Source of the DNA: Ktedonobacterales bacterium
Lineage (GTDB): Bacteria; Chloroflexota; Ktedonobacteria; Ktedonobacterales; JADMIN01
Length of the DNA stretch: 32,000 bases
Direction: 5' to 3'
Assembly: GCA_030167145.1 (NCBI GenBank)
Contig: CP126532.1
Span: 2,490,001-2,522,000, forward strand
Shown one piece after another: positions 22,398 to 31,764 of this stretch; the stretch's first letter is position 1, and every line of letters starts with the position of its first letter. The notes beneath the pieces are model-generated. The model was not told the DNA's origin and ran no database searches. It saw only the letters and a program-made list of their open reading frames with translations. The position numbers were made by a program, and so were the translations under genes.

Positions 22398-23189
22398 CTA
22401 CTCGGCATGCTCTTCGGTACGCGCGGCTGATGTGTCGCTGCGCGGGAGTTCATCGCGGTCGCGGCGGTAATCGGCGTCTATGGCTTCTTGTTCGCTGGCG
22501 AAATAGATGCGGTTTTCTTCGGCGGGAAGATTTTCGGCGTTGGATTCGTGGTAGATCATGGTGCGGATGTTGCCGATGAACGGCGCTTCCTCAGGCTTGA
22601 CCACACCGGCGGGTGCGCCTTCGGGGGTAAGCGTCGCGCCGCCGCCGGTTTGCACGGTCGGCTCCACCACCACGGGACGAGTGGGGGCGGCAGCACTGGG
22701 GGCGCTGGCGGTGGCGCTGGCAGTGGCGGTGGTCTGCGCGCGGCGGTGAGCGGTGGATACGGTGCCATTGGCATAGCCCGCTTTGCCGTTAGCGACGATG
22801 ATGGGCAGTTCGACCAGCGGTTCTTCGCTGGCGGCGGCCATGCGGCGGCGCACCAGCACGTAGGCGCCCGCACCTGCGGCGACGAGGCCCACACCTGCGC
22901 CGATCAGCCAGAGCCGCGCGCTGCCCTTCTTGCGCGACGCCAGCGGACCCTCGCGCAGCAATCCGCTGAGCTGGCGCTGGGCATCGGCGCGGGCACGTGG
23001 GGCTAGCTCGCGCGTGCTCTTCAGGCGCGCTTGCGCTTCTTCGGCGAGCGCACGAGCACGCTCGGTGGCGCGGAGATCGGTCCACCGGGCAATGAGCGGG
23101 GCGATGACACCTGCCGCCGCGACGCCAAGCTGCACCCATTGCTGGCGGAGGTTCACCCGCTTGCGCAGATCGGTCATTTGTTGTTGCAT
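22398..23189 (-). CDS. Membrane protein with a C-terminal sunset-like small domain
   Basis: The ATG at 23189 is preceded by GAAAGGAA. There is a coiled/charged N-terminus and one TM helix (LWLIGAGVGLVAAGAGAYVLV). The C-terminus ..FIGNIRTMIYHESNAENLPAEENRIYFASEQEAIDADYRRDR resembles the YH....(L/C)......F.S..EA...GYR motif of so-called sunset domains. Confidence 0.6.
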   Translation of the reverse strand: MQQQMTDLRKRVNLRQQWVQLGVAAAGVIAPLIARWTDLRATERARALAEEAQARLKSTRELAPRARADAQRQLSGLLREGPLASRKKGSARLWLIGAGVGLVAAGAGAYVLVRRRMAAASEEPLVELPIIVANGKAGYANGTVSTAHRRAQTTATASATASAPSAAAPTRPVVVEPTVQTGGGATLTPEGAPAGVVKPEEAPFIGNIRTMIYHESNAENLPAEENRIYFASEQEAIDADYRRDRDELPRSDTSAARTEEHAE

Positions 23190-23662
23190 GGAAGGGTTCC
23201 TTTCACCAGCCCGCGCGCATCCCGCGCGCTCTGGATGCACGGAGTCTACCGACGTATCGCTCATGCTCTCTCGTTGTATGCACCTCTTGTGCCAGCCTGC
23301 CTTGGACGCGCCATCCGCACGTTATGCTTCTTCAGACGAGGGAGACGGTGGCAAAGCCGCGATGACCTCGCGCGCCGTTGCTCTGCGGGCCGTCCCTGTA
23401 TTAAGTCTCATGTGGGGGATGGGGCGCTAGAAGCGAGCGAATTGGGCGCTCCCAGCCCGAAATGTTTGGTGTAGCCCAGCGGCGCGCTTCAGCTTGACAT
23501 GAGCGGCGCGCGCTCGGTACAGTACACTTCGGCTTTGGTGTGCGTGGGCTGATGCGCGGGGTGATGCGCGGGGTGATGTTCTGGCGCGACTTCTGCGAGC
23601 GATATGGCCCATGCGAAGCGCATCCGCTGCGCCTGTCCGCGTCTGTCGAAGAGGTGTATTAC

Positions 23663-24544
23663 ATGAAGATACGCAAGGCGGTTATCCCCGCCGCTGGGCT
23701 GGGCACGCGGGTGCTGCCGGCGACGAAGGCAATCCCGAAGGAGATGTTGCCGCTGGCGGACAAGCCGACGATTCAGTATGTCATCGAAGAGGCGGTCGCA
23801 TCGGGTATCGAGCATGTCATCATCGTCACCAGCCGCACCAAGCGGGCAATCGAAGACCATTTCGATGAATCACCTGAGTTGCGCGCGGCGCTGGAAAAGA
23901 AGGGCGACCGGGCTAAGCTGGATATGCTGGAACGCATCGAAAGTATGGCGCAGATTAGCTTCACGCGGCAGCCGCGCGCACGCGGCCTGGGACATGCGAT
24001 CCTGATGGCGAAAGATCTAGTGGGCAATGAGCCATTTGGGGTGTTGCTGGGCGATGATCTGGTGATGAATCCCGATGGCACGCCTTGTCTGCGGCAACTG
24101 ATGGAGGCGCATGAGCGCTATGGCGGCTGTGTGCTGGCGGCGATGGAGGTGCCATCGGAGCAGACGCGGTTGTATGGCGTCTTCGATCTCTGGCCGGAGG
24201 GCGATGTGGATGAGTATACCCACCGCGTGCGCGATCTGGTGGAGAAGCCGCAGCCGGAAGTGGCGCCGTCACATCTGGCGGTGATCGGGCGCTATGTGCT
24301 GACGCCGGACATCTTCGCGGCGCTGGAACAGACGGAACCCGGAGCGGGCGGCGAGATTCAGCTTACCGACGGCATTCGCGCGCTACGGGGCAAGGAGCCG
24401 ATCTTTGCGTATGAGTTCGCGGGAACGCGCTACGATACAGGTGATCCGGTGGGCTATCTGACCACCTCACTGGCGTTCGCGCTGCAACGACCAGACCTCG
24501 CGCCGGGTGTGATCGCCTATCTGAAAACCCTGCGACTGGACTGA
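23663..24544 (+). CDS. galU: UTP--glucose-1-phosphate uridylyltransferase
   Basis: MKIRKAVIPAAGLGTRVLPATKAIPKEMLPLADKPTIQYVIEEAVASGIEHVIIVTSRTKRAIEDHFD... is a classic GalU N-terminus, followed by ..VLLGDDL.. and ..GRYVLTPDIF.. blocks. The ATG is at 23663. The upstream ORF extension is non-coding-like. Confidence 0.9.
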   Translation: MKIRKAVIPAAGLGTRVLPATKAIPKEMLPLADKPTIQYVIEEAVASGIEHVIIVTSRTKRAIEDHFDESPELRAALEKKGDRAKLDMLERIESMAQISFTRQPRARGLGHAILMAKDLVGNEPFGVLLGDDLVMNPDGTPCLRQLMEAHERYGGCVLAAMEVPSEQTRLYGVFDLWPEGDVDEYTHRVRDLVEKPQPEVAPSHLAVIGRYVLTPDIFAALEQTEPGAGGEIQLTDGIRALRGKEPIFAYEFAGTRYDTGDPVGYLTTSLAFALQRPDLAPGVIAYLKTLRLD

Positions 24545-24605
24545 ATGCGGCGCCTCGGCTACACTAGGGTGGGCGGTTAATGCGGTTTTACAATATAGCG
24601 GAGAT

Positions 24606-24870
24606 GGACGAGCGGGCGGTTGAAACCGTGCGACGGGCGTACGCCGTACGCCCCTCCTCGGAACCCCTCCTCGAAACGGCTCGGAGGGGCTGCGCTCCGC
24701 TTGCCCTACAATGGCGTGCCGCCGCGAAACCCGCCTGCGCGGGTTTGGGGCAGACAGGTGTTCGTTGTAAAAAGCACAAGTGCATAAACCGCGGGATGGG
24801 CGCACACGGTGCGCCGCTACGATGGACGTTGGCCGCGCGACCCGCTATTGCGGGTTTGGCGGAGATCATA
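24606..24870. repeat. Intergenic cluster of at least 5 different GC-rich palindromic units (BIME-like mosaic)
   Basis: Units seen:
- GGGCGGTTGAAACCGTGCGACGGGCG (24613-), also at 12383- and inverted at 2434- and 7709-
- GGGCGTACGCCGTACGCCC (24636-54)
- CCCCTCC...GGAGGGG foldback (24651-24689)
- ATGGCGTGCCGCCGCGAAACCCGCCTGCGCGGGT (24711-44), the inverted copy of 7672-7705
- ACCCGCTATTGCGGGT (about 24841-56). Confidence 0.75.
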
Positions 24871-24898
24871 CGAATTTGTCGCGTAAGGGGAGCAGAGC

Positions 24899-25693
24899 AT
24901 GTCGGAGGATCAGCAGCAGGCGCGGAACGACGCGCCCGGCGCGAGTGTGCCATTAAGCGGGCGCGTGGCGCTGGTGACGGGAAGCAGCCGGGGCATTGGC
25001 CAGGCGACGGCGCTGCGGCTGGCGCGGCTGGGCGCGACAATTGCGGTGAACTATCGCAGCGATGAGGCGGGGGCGCGCGAAACAGTGGCGATGATCGCGG
25101 GGCTGGGCCAGCGCGCGGCGGCGTTCCAGGCAAATGTGAGCGTGGAGGAGGATGTGCTGCGGCTCTTCAAAGAGATTGAGGAGCAGCTTGGCGCGCCGAC
25201 GATTTTGGTGAACAACGCGGGCACGACCAATGACCGGCTGATCTTGCAGATGAAGCTGGAAGATTTCGAGAACGTCATCAAGACCAATCTGACTTCGGCA
25301 TTCCTCTGCACGCGAGCGGCGCTGCGGGCGATGACCCGCGCACGCTGGGGCCGTATCGTCAACGTGACTTCGATTTCGGGGATCATGGGGCAGGTGGGGC
25401 AGGCGAACTACGCCGCTTCGAAGGCGGGGCTGATCGCGCTGACAAAATCTACCGCACGCGAGTATGCCAGCCGCAATATCACGGTGAATGCGGTGGCGCC
25501 GGGGTATGTGCCGACGGAATTGACCTCCACGGTGTCAGACGAGTTCCGCGATTACTATATGAATATCACGCCACTGAAGCGCTTTGGCAGCGCGGAAGAG
25601 GTGGCGGCGGCGATTGCATTCCTCTGCTCGCCTGATGCGGGCTACATCACCGGGCAGACGCTGGCGGTGGATGGCGGCATCAGCATGCATTGA
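24899..25693 (+). CDS. fabG: 3-oxoacyl-[acyl-carrier-protein] reductase (SDR family)
   Basis: VALVTGSSRGIGQATALRLA (TGxxxGIG), ..LVNNAG.. and ..NYAASKAGLIALTKSTAREYASRNITVNAVAPGYV.. (YxxxK). AAGGGGAG lies before the ATG. Confidence 0.85.
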   Translation: MSEDQQQARNDAPGASVPLSGRVALVTGSSRGIGQATALRLARLGATIAVNYRSDEAGARETVAMIAGLGQRAAAFQANVSVEEDVLRLFKEIEEQLGAPTILVNNAGTTNDRLILQMKLEDFENVIKTNLTSAFLCTRAALRAMTRARWGRIVNVTSISGIMGQVGQANYAASKAGLIALTKSTAREYASRNITVNAVAPGYVPTELTSTVSDEFRDYYMNITPLKRFGSAEEVAAAIAFLCSPDAGYITGQTLAVDGGISMH

Positions 25694-25718
25694 GCGGCTA
25701 GCCGTCAGCACCCCAGCA

Positions 25719-27479
25719 TCAGTCGAAGAAGATGCCGCTGCTGACGGCGTCTAGGTAGCCGGTGCGCGTGATGGTGATGGTGATGTGGCCAGAGACGTTC
25801 CAGACCAGATAGACGCCATCGCCGAAATTGGTGACGTTCTGGGTATTGAGGACTTTGTGTGTGGCGGCATCACTGATGGTAATCGTCTCGGCGCGGCCTT
25901 TGTTACCCCAATCCAGACAATAGAGAGACAGTTGGTGGCGCTTGCCATCGGTGATGTTTACGTCAATGGTGTAGTAGGTAAAGGAATACCATGTCGCGGC
26001 GATGCGCTGGCTGCTGTCCTCCACCCGCTGCAGGGCTTCTGGGTATTTGCTGTAGGACGGATTACTGCTCCATGTATAGTCGGACTTCCCATTGGGCGTC
26101 ACGGCGATTGACGGTGGTAGATTGGCTTTATCTTCGAAGACGTCGGAGCCAATTGAACCGTAAACGCCATTCCAGTTGCCCTGGGTTCTGGTATCGGTGC
26201 GTACAAAGGCAACGGTGGCGCCCAGCGGCGGGACGGGCGTGGCGGTGGGCGCGGGCCTGGGCGTGTTGGTTGGTTTGGGGGTAGAGGTGGATGTGGATTT
26301 GGGCTTGGTGGTGGAGGTCGGGGCGAGCGTGGACGTAGGGTACGTGGTGGCGGTGGCGGTCTTGGCGGCGGCGATGGGTGGTGTGCTATGGAGCATGCCT
26401 TTGCCGTAGAGCAGTGCGGCGCTGAGTCCGGCGAGCAGGGCAAGGGCGACAACCAGCAGGCCAATACGCAGAGGTGCGCGGCTGCGCTGGCGTGGGGGTG
26501 TGGCGACGGCAGCGGAGACTGTGGCGGCGGGGAGCTGATTGGTGGCGCGGTCGTCGCCGTCGAAGACGGTGGACTTGCGGAAGACGGGGACTGTGGCGCG
26601 CAGCAGGCCGCCGAGGCCGCGCTGGTTGGCCTGGGCGAGGTCTTGGGCGAAGGCGGCAACACTCTGAGGGCGTTGCGCGGGGTCGCTGGAGAGCGTGGCC
26701 GTCACTACGGCGTCCAGTTCTGGCGAGACTTTGGGGTTGAACTGGGACGGCGGTGTGATTGGGGCAGTGAGGACGAGAGCGGCGACCTCGTAGGGAGTGG
26801 CGCCCTCATGCGGCGCGTGGGTGGTCAAGAGTTCATAGAGAATCGAGCCAAGAGCATAGACATCGGCACGCTGGTCTACGGGGCCGTCGCGCAGTTGCTC
26901 TGGCGCCATGTACTCTGGGGTGCCGATGGGAAGGCCGGTGGCCGAGAGTGTGCGCGCCGTACCTGGCTGACGCAGAAATGATAGCTCGCGGGCGATGCCG
27001 AAATCGGTGAGCAGCGCGTCGCCATTGGCGTCGAGCAGGATGTTCTCTGGCTTGACGTCACGATGGACGATGCCCTGGGCATGCGCTGCTTCGAGTGCGC
27101 CGGCAATCTGGACGGTGAGGGCGATGGCATCGGTGATCGGCATGGGATTGTCGGGGATGATGCGGTCGCGCAGCGAACCCGGCAGGAGCGGCATGACGAT
27201 ATAGAGCAGGCCGTCTTGCTCGCCGTAGTCAAAGACGGGGACGATATTGGGGTGCCGCAGGTTGGCGACATGCTGCGCTTCGGAGCGGAAGCGTGTGACA
27301 TATGCGGGATCAGCGGCCAGCACGACGGGCAATACCTTGATGGCAACCTCGCGATTGAGGCGGTCGTCATGCGCGCGATAGATTTCGGCCATGCCACCGG
27401 CGCCAAGCAGCGCGGAGAGCTGATAGTGGCCGAGGGTTCGGCCCACCAGCCCACCCGCGCCCGTATTGCTGAGCGTCAC
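25719..27479 (-). CDS. Ser/Thr protein kinase with one TM helix and a C-terminal extracellular beta-rich domain
   Basis: Hanks motifs: LGAGGMAEIYRA, VAIKVL, HRDVKPENILL, DFGIA, GTPEYMAPEQ. The TM helix is LRIGLLVVALALLAGLSAALL. A Pro/Thr linker follows, then the domain ..TQGNWNGVYGSIG...LSLYCLDWGNKGRAE...VSSGIFFD.

I take the start at the GTG at 27479, which sits 7 nt after AAGGGAGG. Codons upstream (to 27662) have poor third-position GC. ATGs at 27515 and 27539 are alternatives. Confidence 0.85.
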   Translation of the reverse strand: MTLSNTGAGGLVGRTLGHYQLSALLGAGGMAEIYRAHDDRLNREVAIKVLPVVLAADPAYVTRFRSEAQHVANLRHPNIVPVFDYGEQDGLLYIVMPLLPGSLRDRIIPDNPMPITDAIALTVQIAGALEAAHAQGIVHRDVKPENILLDANGDALLTDFGIARELSFLRQPGTARTLSATGLPIGTPEYMAPEQLRDGPVDQRADVYALGSILYELLTTHAPHEGATPYEVAALVLTAPITPPSQFNPKVSPELDAVVTATLSSDPAQRPQSVAAFAQDLAQANQRGLGGLLRATVPVFRKSTVFDGDDRATNQLPAATVSAAVATPPRQRSRAPLRIGLLVVALALLAGLSAALLYGKGMLHSTPPIAAAKTATATTYPTSTLAPTSTTKPKSTSTSTPKPTNTPRPAPTATPVPPLGATVAFVRTDTRTQGNWNGVYGSIGSDVFEDKANLPPSIAVTPNGKSDYTWSSNPSYSKYPEALQRVEDSSQRIAATWYSFTYYTIDVNITDGKRHQLSLYCLDWGNKGRAETITISDAATHKVLNTQNVTNFGDGVYLVWNVSGHITITITRTGYLDAVSSGIFFD

Positions 27480-27661
27480 CAGCTCGCCTCCCTTTGCCCT
27501 AGCATCCCCCAACATCACGAGCCGCAGCACGTGTGACATGCGCTCTGCAGGTGCAACGCATTGTACGGACCAGGCAGCACGCCTGTCAACAGGTATGGGA
27601 GAAGCGGCGGCACGCGGCGAACCGGATGAGCGCGGGACGGATGCTCCTGGCTGCGAGCGCA

Positions 27662-28009
27662 TCAGGGACAGGGATAGAGTGGAGCGGCCTCAACAGAGAC
27701 CACCTGGGGCGCGGCAGCAATACGCATGAGCTGGTTCCACTGAGGATAGGAGATGATGAGCCAGTGCGCGGTGGCAAAGGCGGCTCGCTGATCGGCACGT
27801 GATGGCGCGACCGGCGACCGTGGCTCATCGCAGGTCCAGGGATAGGGATTGCCGCCGATGATGGCGACTGCCTGATCGAAGGTGGTGGCGGGGGTGAAGA
27901 GGATGCTCGCGAAGAGCGGCATGGCATGTGGTGTCACGTTGTGGATACGTGCGAGCGGATCGGGGTTGCGTGTGGGGGTGGCGGGAGCCGCAGCCGAACT
28001 CTTCGGCAT
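27662..28009 (-). CDS. Hypothetical protein (115 aa)
   Basis: The ORF has high third-position GC and non-repetitive sequence: ..LFASILFTPATTFDQAVAIIGGNPYPWTCDEPRSP...AHWLIISYPQWNQLMRIAAAPQVV.. No family recognised. It sits directly upstream of the kinase gene on the same strand. Confidence 0.5.
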   Translation of the reverse strand: MPKSSAAAPATPTRNPDPLARIHNVTPHAMPLFASILFTPATTFDQAVAIIGGNPYPWTCDEPRSPVAPSRADQRAAFATAHWLIISYPQWNQLMRIAAAPQVVSVEAAPLYPCP

Positions 28010-28320
28010 GGATCAACATGCGGCGGTCGCGAGGAGCAGCATGAGCAGTAGGCCTGGGATGATGGCATGCGCCGGGACGCTCGTTGGGGAGCTAACGATG
28101 GGCGATTTGTGCGGGCGGGCGCAGCTATGTCGCAGGTGTTGCGGTACTGATTTGCTCATGACAACCTCCATCACCACTGTGCATGTGCACTGTCCTGGGT
28201 ATGACGGAGCAGTGTGCCGGAGAGTTCCCAAGTCGAACACAGGGGGTACGTCTGCGGTAGTGTGTGACACGGGATGGAAGGCGCATGGCGGACTGTACGG
28301 AAACCGGCGTATGACACGGC

Positions 28321-28359
28321 GACGCCCCCACTGCCAAACTACGTGACTGTGGGGGCGTC
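28321..28359 (-). terminator. Strong hairpin 20 nt downstream of the ftsH stop (no U-tract)
   Basis: GACGCCCCCAC (28321-31), a 17-nt loop, then GTGGGGGCGTC (28349-59) form an 11-bp perfect stem. No T/A tract follows on either strand, so its terminator function is uncertain. Confidence 0.3.
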
Positions 28360-28379
28360 GCTGCGCCGGAGGGAACCGG

Positions 28380-30413
28380 TTAGGCTGGTTGCATTGTGGT
28401 CGCGCCGCCGACGCTGGTGGTCGCGCTGGCCGCGCCGTCACTGCTGAGGGCTTCGCTCTCTTCGAGCAGCCGCACCACATCGGCGGGTGGCACGTTGCCG
28501 ACGATGGCGCGCAGTTCCGGCTCGTCGAGGACTTCTTTTTCGAGCAGGCGCTTGGCGATTTCATCGAGCAGCGGGCGATACATGCCGAGCAGCTTTTCGA
28601 CGTAACTGTAGCGTTCGCCGATGATGCGCTGCACTTCTTCGTCAATCGCGGCGGCGGTCTCTTCGGAGTAGTCGCGCTGCTGGCCGAGGCTCATTTCGCG
28701 GCCCAGGAAGACCTCGCGGTCGCGTCCGAAGAAGACGGTGCCGATACGGCTGCTCATACCCCAGCGCGTGACCATCTCGCGGGCGAGGTTGGTGACATTT
28801 TGCAGGTCGTTTTCGGCGCCAGTGGTAATTTCGCCGATGGCGATCTGCTCGGCGACACGGCCACCCAGGCCGACGGCGATGCGCCCCAACAGGTACGATC
28901 TGGGATAGTTGTGGCGGTCGTCCAGCGGCATGATCTGCGTGACGCCCAGCGCCTGGCCGCGCGGCACAATCGTCACCTTATGCACGGAGTCGGAGCCGGG
29001 GGTGAGCAGCGCCACCAGCGCATGGCCGCCCTCGTGGTAGGCGATGACGCGGCGCTCTTCGGGTGGGAGCAGCAAGGGACGCTGCGCGCCCATCATGATG
29101 CGGTCAATCGCGTCTTCGAAGTCGCGCATGTCTATCAGGTCTTTGTTGCGCCGGGCGGCGAGCAGCGCGGCTTCGTTGCAGATGTTGGCGATGTCGGCGC
29201 CGACCATGCCGGGGGTGGCGCGGGCCAGCACGTCCAGGTTGATGTCTGGGCCGAGAGGCATGCCGCGCGTATGCACGCCGAAGATGGCCTGGCGTCCGTT
29301 GCGGTCTGGGCGATCCACGACCACCTGACGGTCGAAGCGTCCGGGGCGCATGAGCGCGGGGTCGAGCACGTCGGGACGGTTGGTGGCGGCGATGACAATG
29401 GTCGCCTGACGCGGATCGAAGCCGTCCATCTCGACGAGGATCTGGTTGAGTGTTTGCTCGCGTTCGTCATTGCCGCCGCCCAGGCCGGCGCCGCGCTGGC
29501 GGCCCACGGCATCTAGCTCGTCAATGAAGATGATGCACGGCGACGCCTTCTTGGCGCGGTCGAAGAGGTCGCGCACGCGGCTGGCGCCAACGCCGACGAG
29601 CATCTCGACGAATTCGGAGCCGGACATGGAGAAGAAGGGGACGTCGGCTTCACCGGCGACGGCTTTGGCGAGCAGCGTCTTACCAGTTCCCGGCGGGCCA
29701 ACCAGCAGGATGCCCTTGGGGAGCTTGCCGCCGAGGCGTGAGTAGCGTTGCGGATTCTTGAGGAAGTCTACGACTTCTTCGAGGTCCACCTTGGATTCGT
29801 CCACGCCGGCGACATCGGCGAAGGTGGTTTTGGTTTTGCCGCCCATGTACATCCGCGCACGGCTCTGGCCGAAGCTGAAGATGTTGCCTTGCGCGGCGGT
29901 GGCCCTGCGGCTGAGCCAGAGGATGCCGATGATGAGCAGCAAGACCGGCCCATACTGGAAGAGCAGGCCGAACAGGAAGTTGCTGCCGTTGCTGCTGCCA
30001 CCGACGGTCTTGACTTTGTTATCCTGCAAGATCTTCATCGTCTGGTCGCTGGGCAGGTTGGGAATGGTGGTAGTGAATTTGGTGTTGGGCTGGCCGCTGG
30101 AAACATCAGACTGCACGGCCTTCTTGAAGGTGCCGCTGGCGGAGTTGTCGGTGATGGTGACGGAGGCGACGTTGCCAGCCTGCACCTGGCTGATGAACTG
30201 GCTGTAGCTGACTTGCTCGCCAGAGTTGGAGCTATTGGGATTCCAGATCAGGAAGATGACCCAGGGAATCACCAGCAAGAGAAGCAACCACGGCAGGTTG
30301 CGCCGCCACCAGGGGCCACGGTTCGCCGGGGTGTTGGTGTTGTTCTGTTGGTTTTCATTGCCCCGAGGAAATCCTGGGGGGCCGTCGTTACGGCGGTCGG
30401 GCTGTTGCATCAT
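28380..30413 (-). CDS. ftsH: ATP-dependent zinc metalloprotease FtsH
   Basis: Walker [19 protein letters not shown], Walker [13 protein letters not shown] ..[20 protein letters not shown].. and zinc site HEGGHAL. There are two N-terminal TM segments. The start is taken at MMQQPDRR (ATG 30413), preceded by GGAGG. The 97 upstream codons of the ORF look non-coding. Confidence 0.95.
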
Positions 30414-30585
30414 GCGATGCCTCCACAGTTCAAACGCGCAAAAGGTGGGCACGGCGGCCAGTTGGGTCGCTGGGCCACAGCATATGCCAGTAGTGTGACA
30501 CATCTCTGTGATAAGCGTATGAGAGCGCGCAACGCATAGACAATGCCAGTGCGATGGCCTAGCGCGATGTCCAGGGGGTGAGCGT

Positions 30586-30614
30586 ACTCTACGTGAATAT
30601 ACTACGATGCCCAA
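30586..30614 (-). promoter_or_regulatory. Candidate ftsH promoter
   Basis: On the minus strand: TTGGGC (complement of 30609-14), a 17-nt spacer, then TAGAGT (complement of 30586-91). This is a motif match only. The -10 resembles the TAGACT proposed at 12748. Confidence 0.25.
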
Positions 30615-30728
30615 GACGCGGCGTTGCGCGCATAGGGGAAGCGTCCATGCCACGCCCGCAGCGCATCTAGGCGTGGCGTAGCAAGTAGCATTGCTGCCCA
30701 CCATCGTAAACTTGAGCTAATGTGGCCG

Positions 30729-31556
30729 TTATCGGCGCTGCTTTTCGGCGGCGGCGATGCGCACGCGGAACCACTCGACGACACGGAGCCAGTCATTTTC
30801 GGGGATGTCGCTGTATTTGCCGACGTGGAACGCCTGGCGCAGGTCGTTGTATATCATAGCGTGCGAGTGGCCGGTAAGGTCGTGTAGGCGGTTCGCCGAC
30901 GCCTGGACTGTCGCCTGATGTTCGGGCGAGAGCGTTTGCGGGCCGAGGCGCTCCAGGATTTCAGGGACAAGGCGGGTGATCTCTTCGACGCTTTCCAGGC
31001 GGGTTTCGACGGAGTCGCGCCACTGCTCGATGTCGGCGCGCCATTCCAGCCACACGGCCATGTCGCGGTGGTACTTCGCCCAGATGAGCGGCTCCGCATC
31101 TTCTGGTGGCCGCTCCGGCCTGGTGATCGGCTCAGCGGGCACGAGGTTCGGTGGGGGCGTCAATTCCGCCGGGCGGCGCTCAAAGTGACGGGCGAGCACG
31201 TCGGTCGCTTCGAGCTGAAAGGCGATCACGGCGGCGCGCGCTTCGGCCTTGGCGACGCGGTTCTCATCTATGCCATAGAGCCACCCTGGCAAGCCTTGCA
31301 GCGTCAGCGCGGGCATGGCTTGTGGGCCACCATCCGTTTGCACCTCTACGTCTATCAAGTGCCTGCGTAGCGCAGTTTTACGCTCGATTCTGCGAAGTTG
31401 CGCGTGAGTATCCAATTGCATCCCCTCACACATCCATCGCAGCAGTGCTGCGATCCGTCCGTCGGCCAAGCGTACAGCCACCAGTTCGCGTCCATAGAAA
31501 GAAAGAGATGCCTGCTCTACTGGCTGTAATACCTCTCGCTTATCACCAGTGCCCAT
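30729..31556 (-). CDS. Phage antirepressor-like protein (P22 AR N-terminal-like domain + ORF6C-like C-terminal domain)
   Basis: N-terminal domain: ..SLSFYGRELVAVRLADGRIAALLRWMCEGMQLDTHAQLRRIERKTALRRHLIDVEVQTDGGPQAMPALTLQGLPGWLYGIDENRV..

C-terminal domain: ..LSPEHQATVQASANRLHDLTGHSHAMIYNDLRQAFHVGKYSDIPENDWLRVVEWF..

The ATG at 31556 is preceded by GGAGGAGG. Confidence 0.75.
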   Translation of the reverse strand: MGTGDKREVLQPVEQASLSFYGRELVAVRLADGRIAALLRWMCEGMQLDTHAQLRRIERKTALRRHLIDVEVQTDGGPQAMPALTLQGLPGWLYGIDENRVAKAEARAAVIAFQLEATDVLARHFERRPAELTPPPNLVPAEPITRPERPPEDAEPLIWAKYHRDMAVWLEWRADIEQWRDSVETRLESVEEITRLVPEILERLGPQTLSPEHQATVQASANRLHDLTGHSHAMIYNDLRQAFHVGKYSDIPENDWLRVVEWFRVRIAAAEKQRR

Positions 31557-31764
31557 GATTTCTAGCCTCCTCCAAGGGGTGGCTATGATGGCCACCCCTT
31601 TGTGTAAAAGCGCTGTCAGGCTAGATGATTTCTAGCCTCCCCAAAGGGGCCTGCATGATACAGGCCCCTTTGTGTAACAATGCCGTCAGGCTAGACTATT
31701 TCTAGCCTTGGCCCATCAAAAGGCTCCCAATGGGTGTGCTGTTATGGCACACCCTTCCTCACCC
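31555..31764. repeat. Three tandem 70-bp units, each with a 7-nt-loop hairpin; unit 1 contains the RBS and ATG of the antirepressor-like gene
   Basis: Units start at 31555, 31625 and 31695 (ATGATTTCTAGCCTCC / ATGATTTCTAGCCTCC / ACTATTTCTAGCCTT).

Hairpins:
- AAGGGGTGGC-TATGATG-GCCACCCCTT (31574-31600)
- AAAGGGGCCTG-CATGATA-CAGGCCCCTTT (31643-31671)
- GGGTGTGC-TGTTATG-GCACACCC (31731-31753)

Units 1 and 2 also carry an outer CTAGCCT...AGGCTAG inverted repeat. Confidence 0.85.

Noticed and set aside
27480-27662. N-terminal 61-codon extension of the kinase ORF (start at 27662)
   Set aside because: It has poor third-position GC and low-complexity sequence, and a strong SD-GTG lies at 27479. I keep it as an alternative because of the TGATG junction with the upstream ORF.
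28013-30539. ORFs 28013..28645 (-), 28389..29516 (+, 375 aa) and 29748..30539 (+, 263 aa)
   Set aside because: They are alternative or antisense frames of ftsH or its 3' flank, and none carries a motif. FtsH motifs occupy the minus frame continuously.
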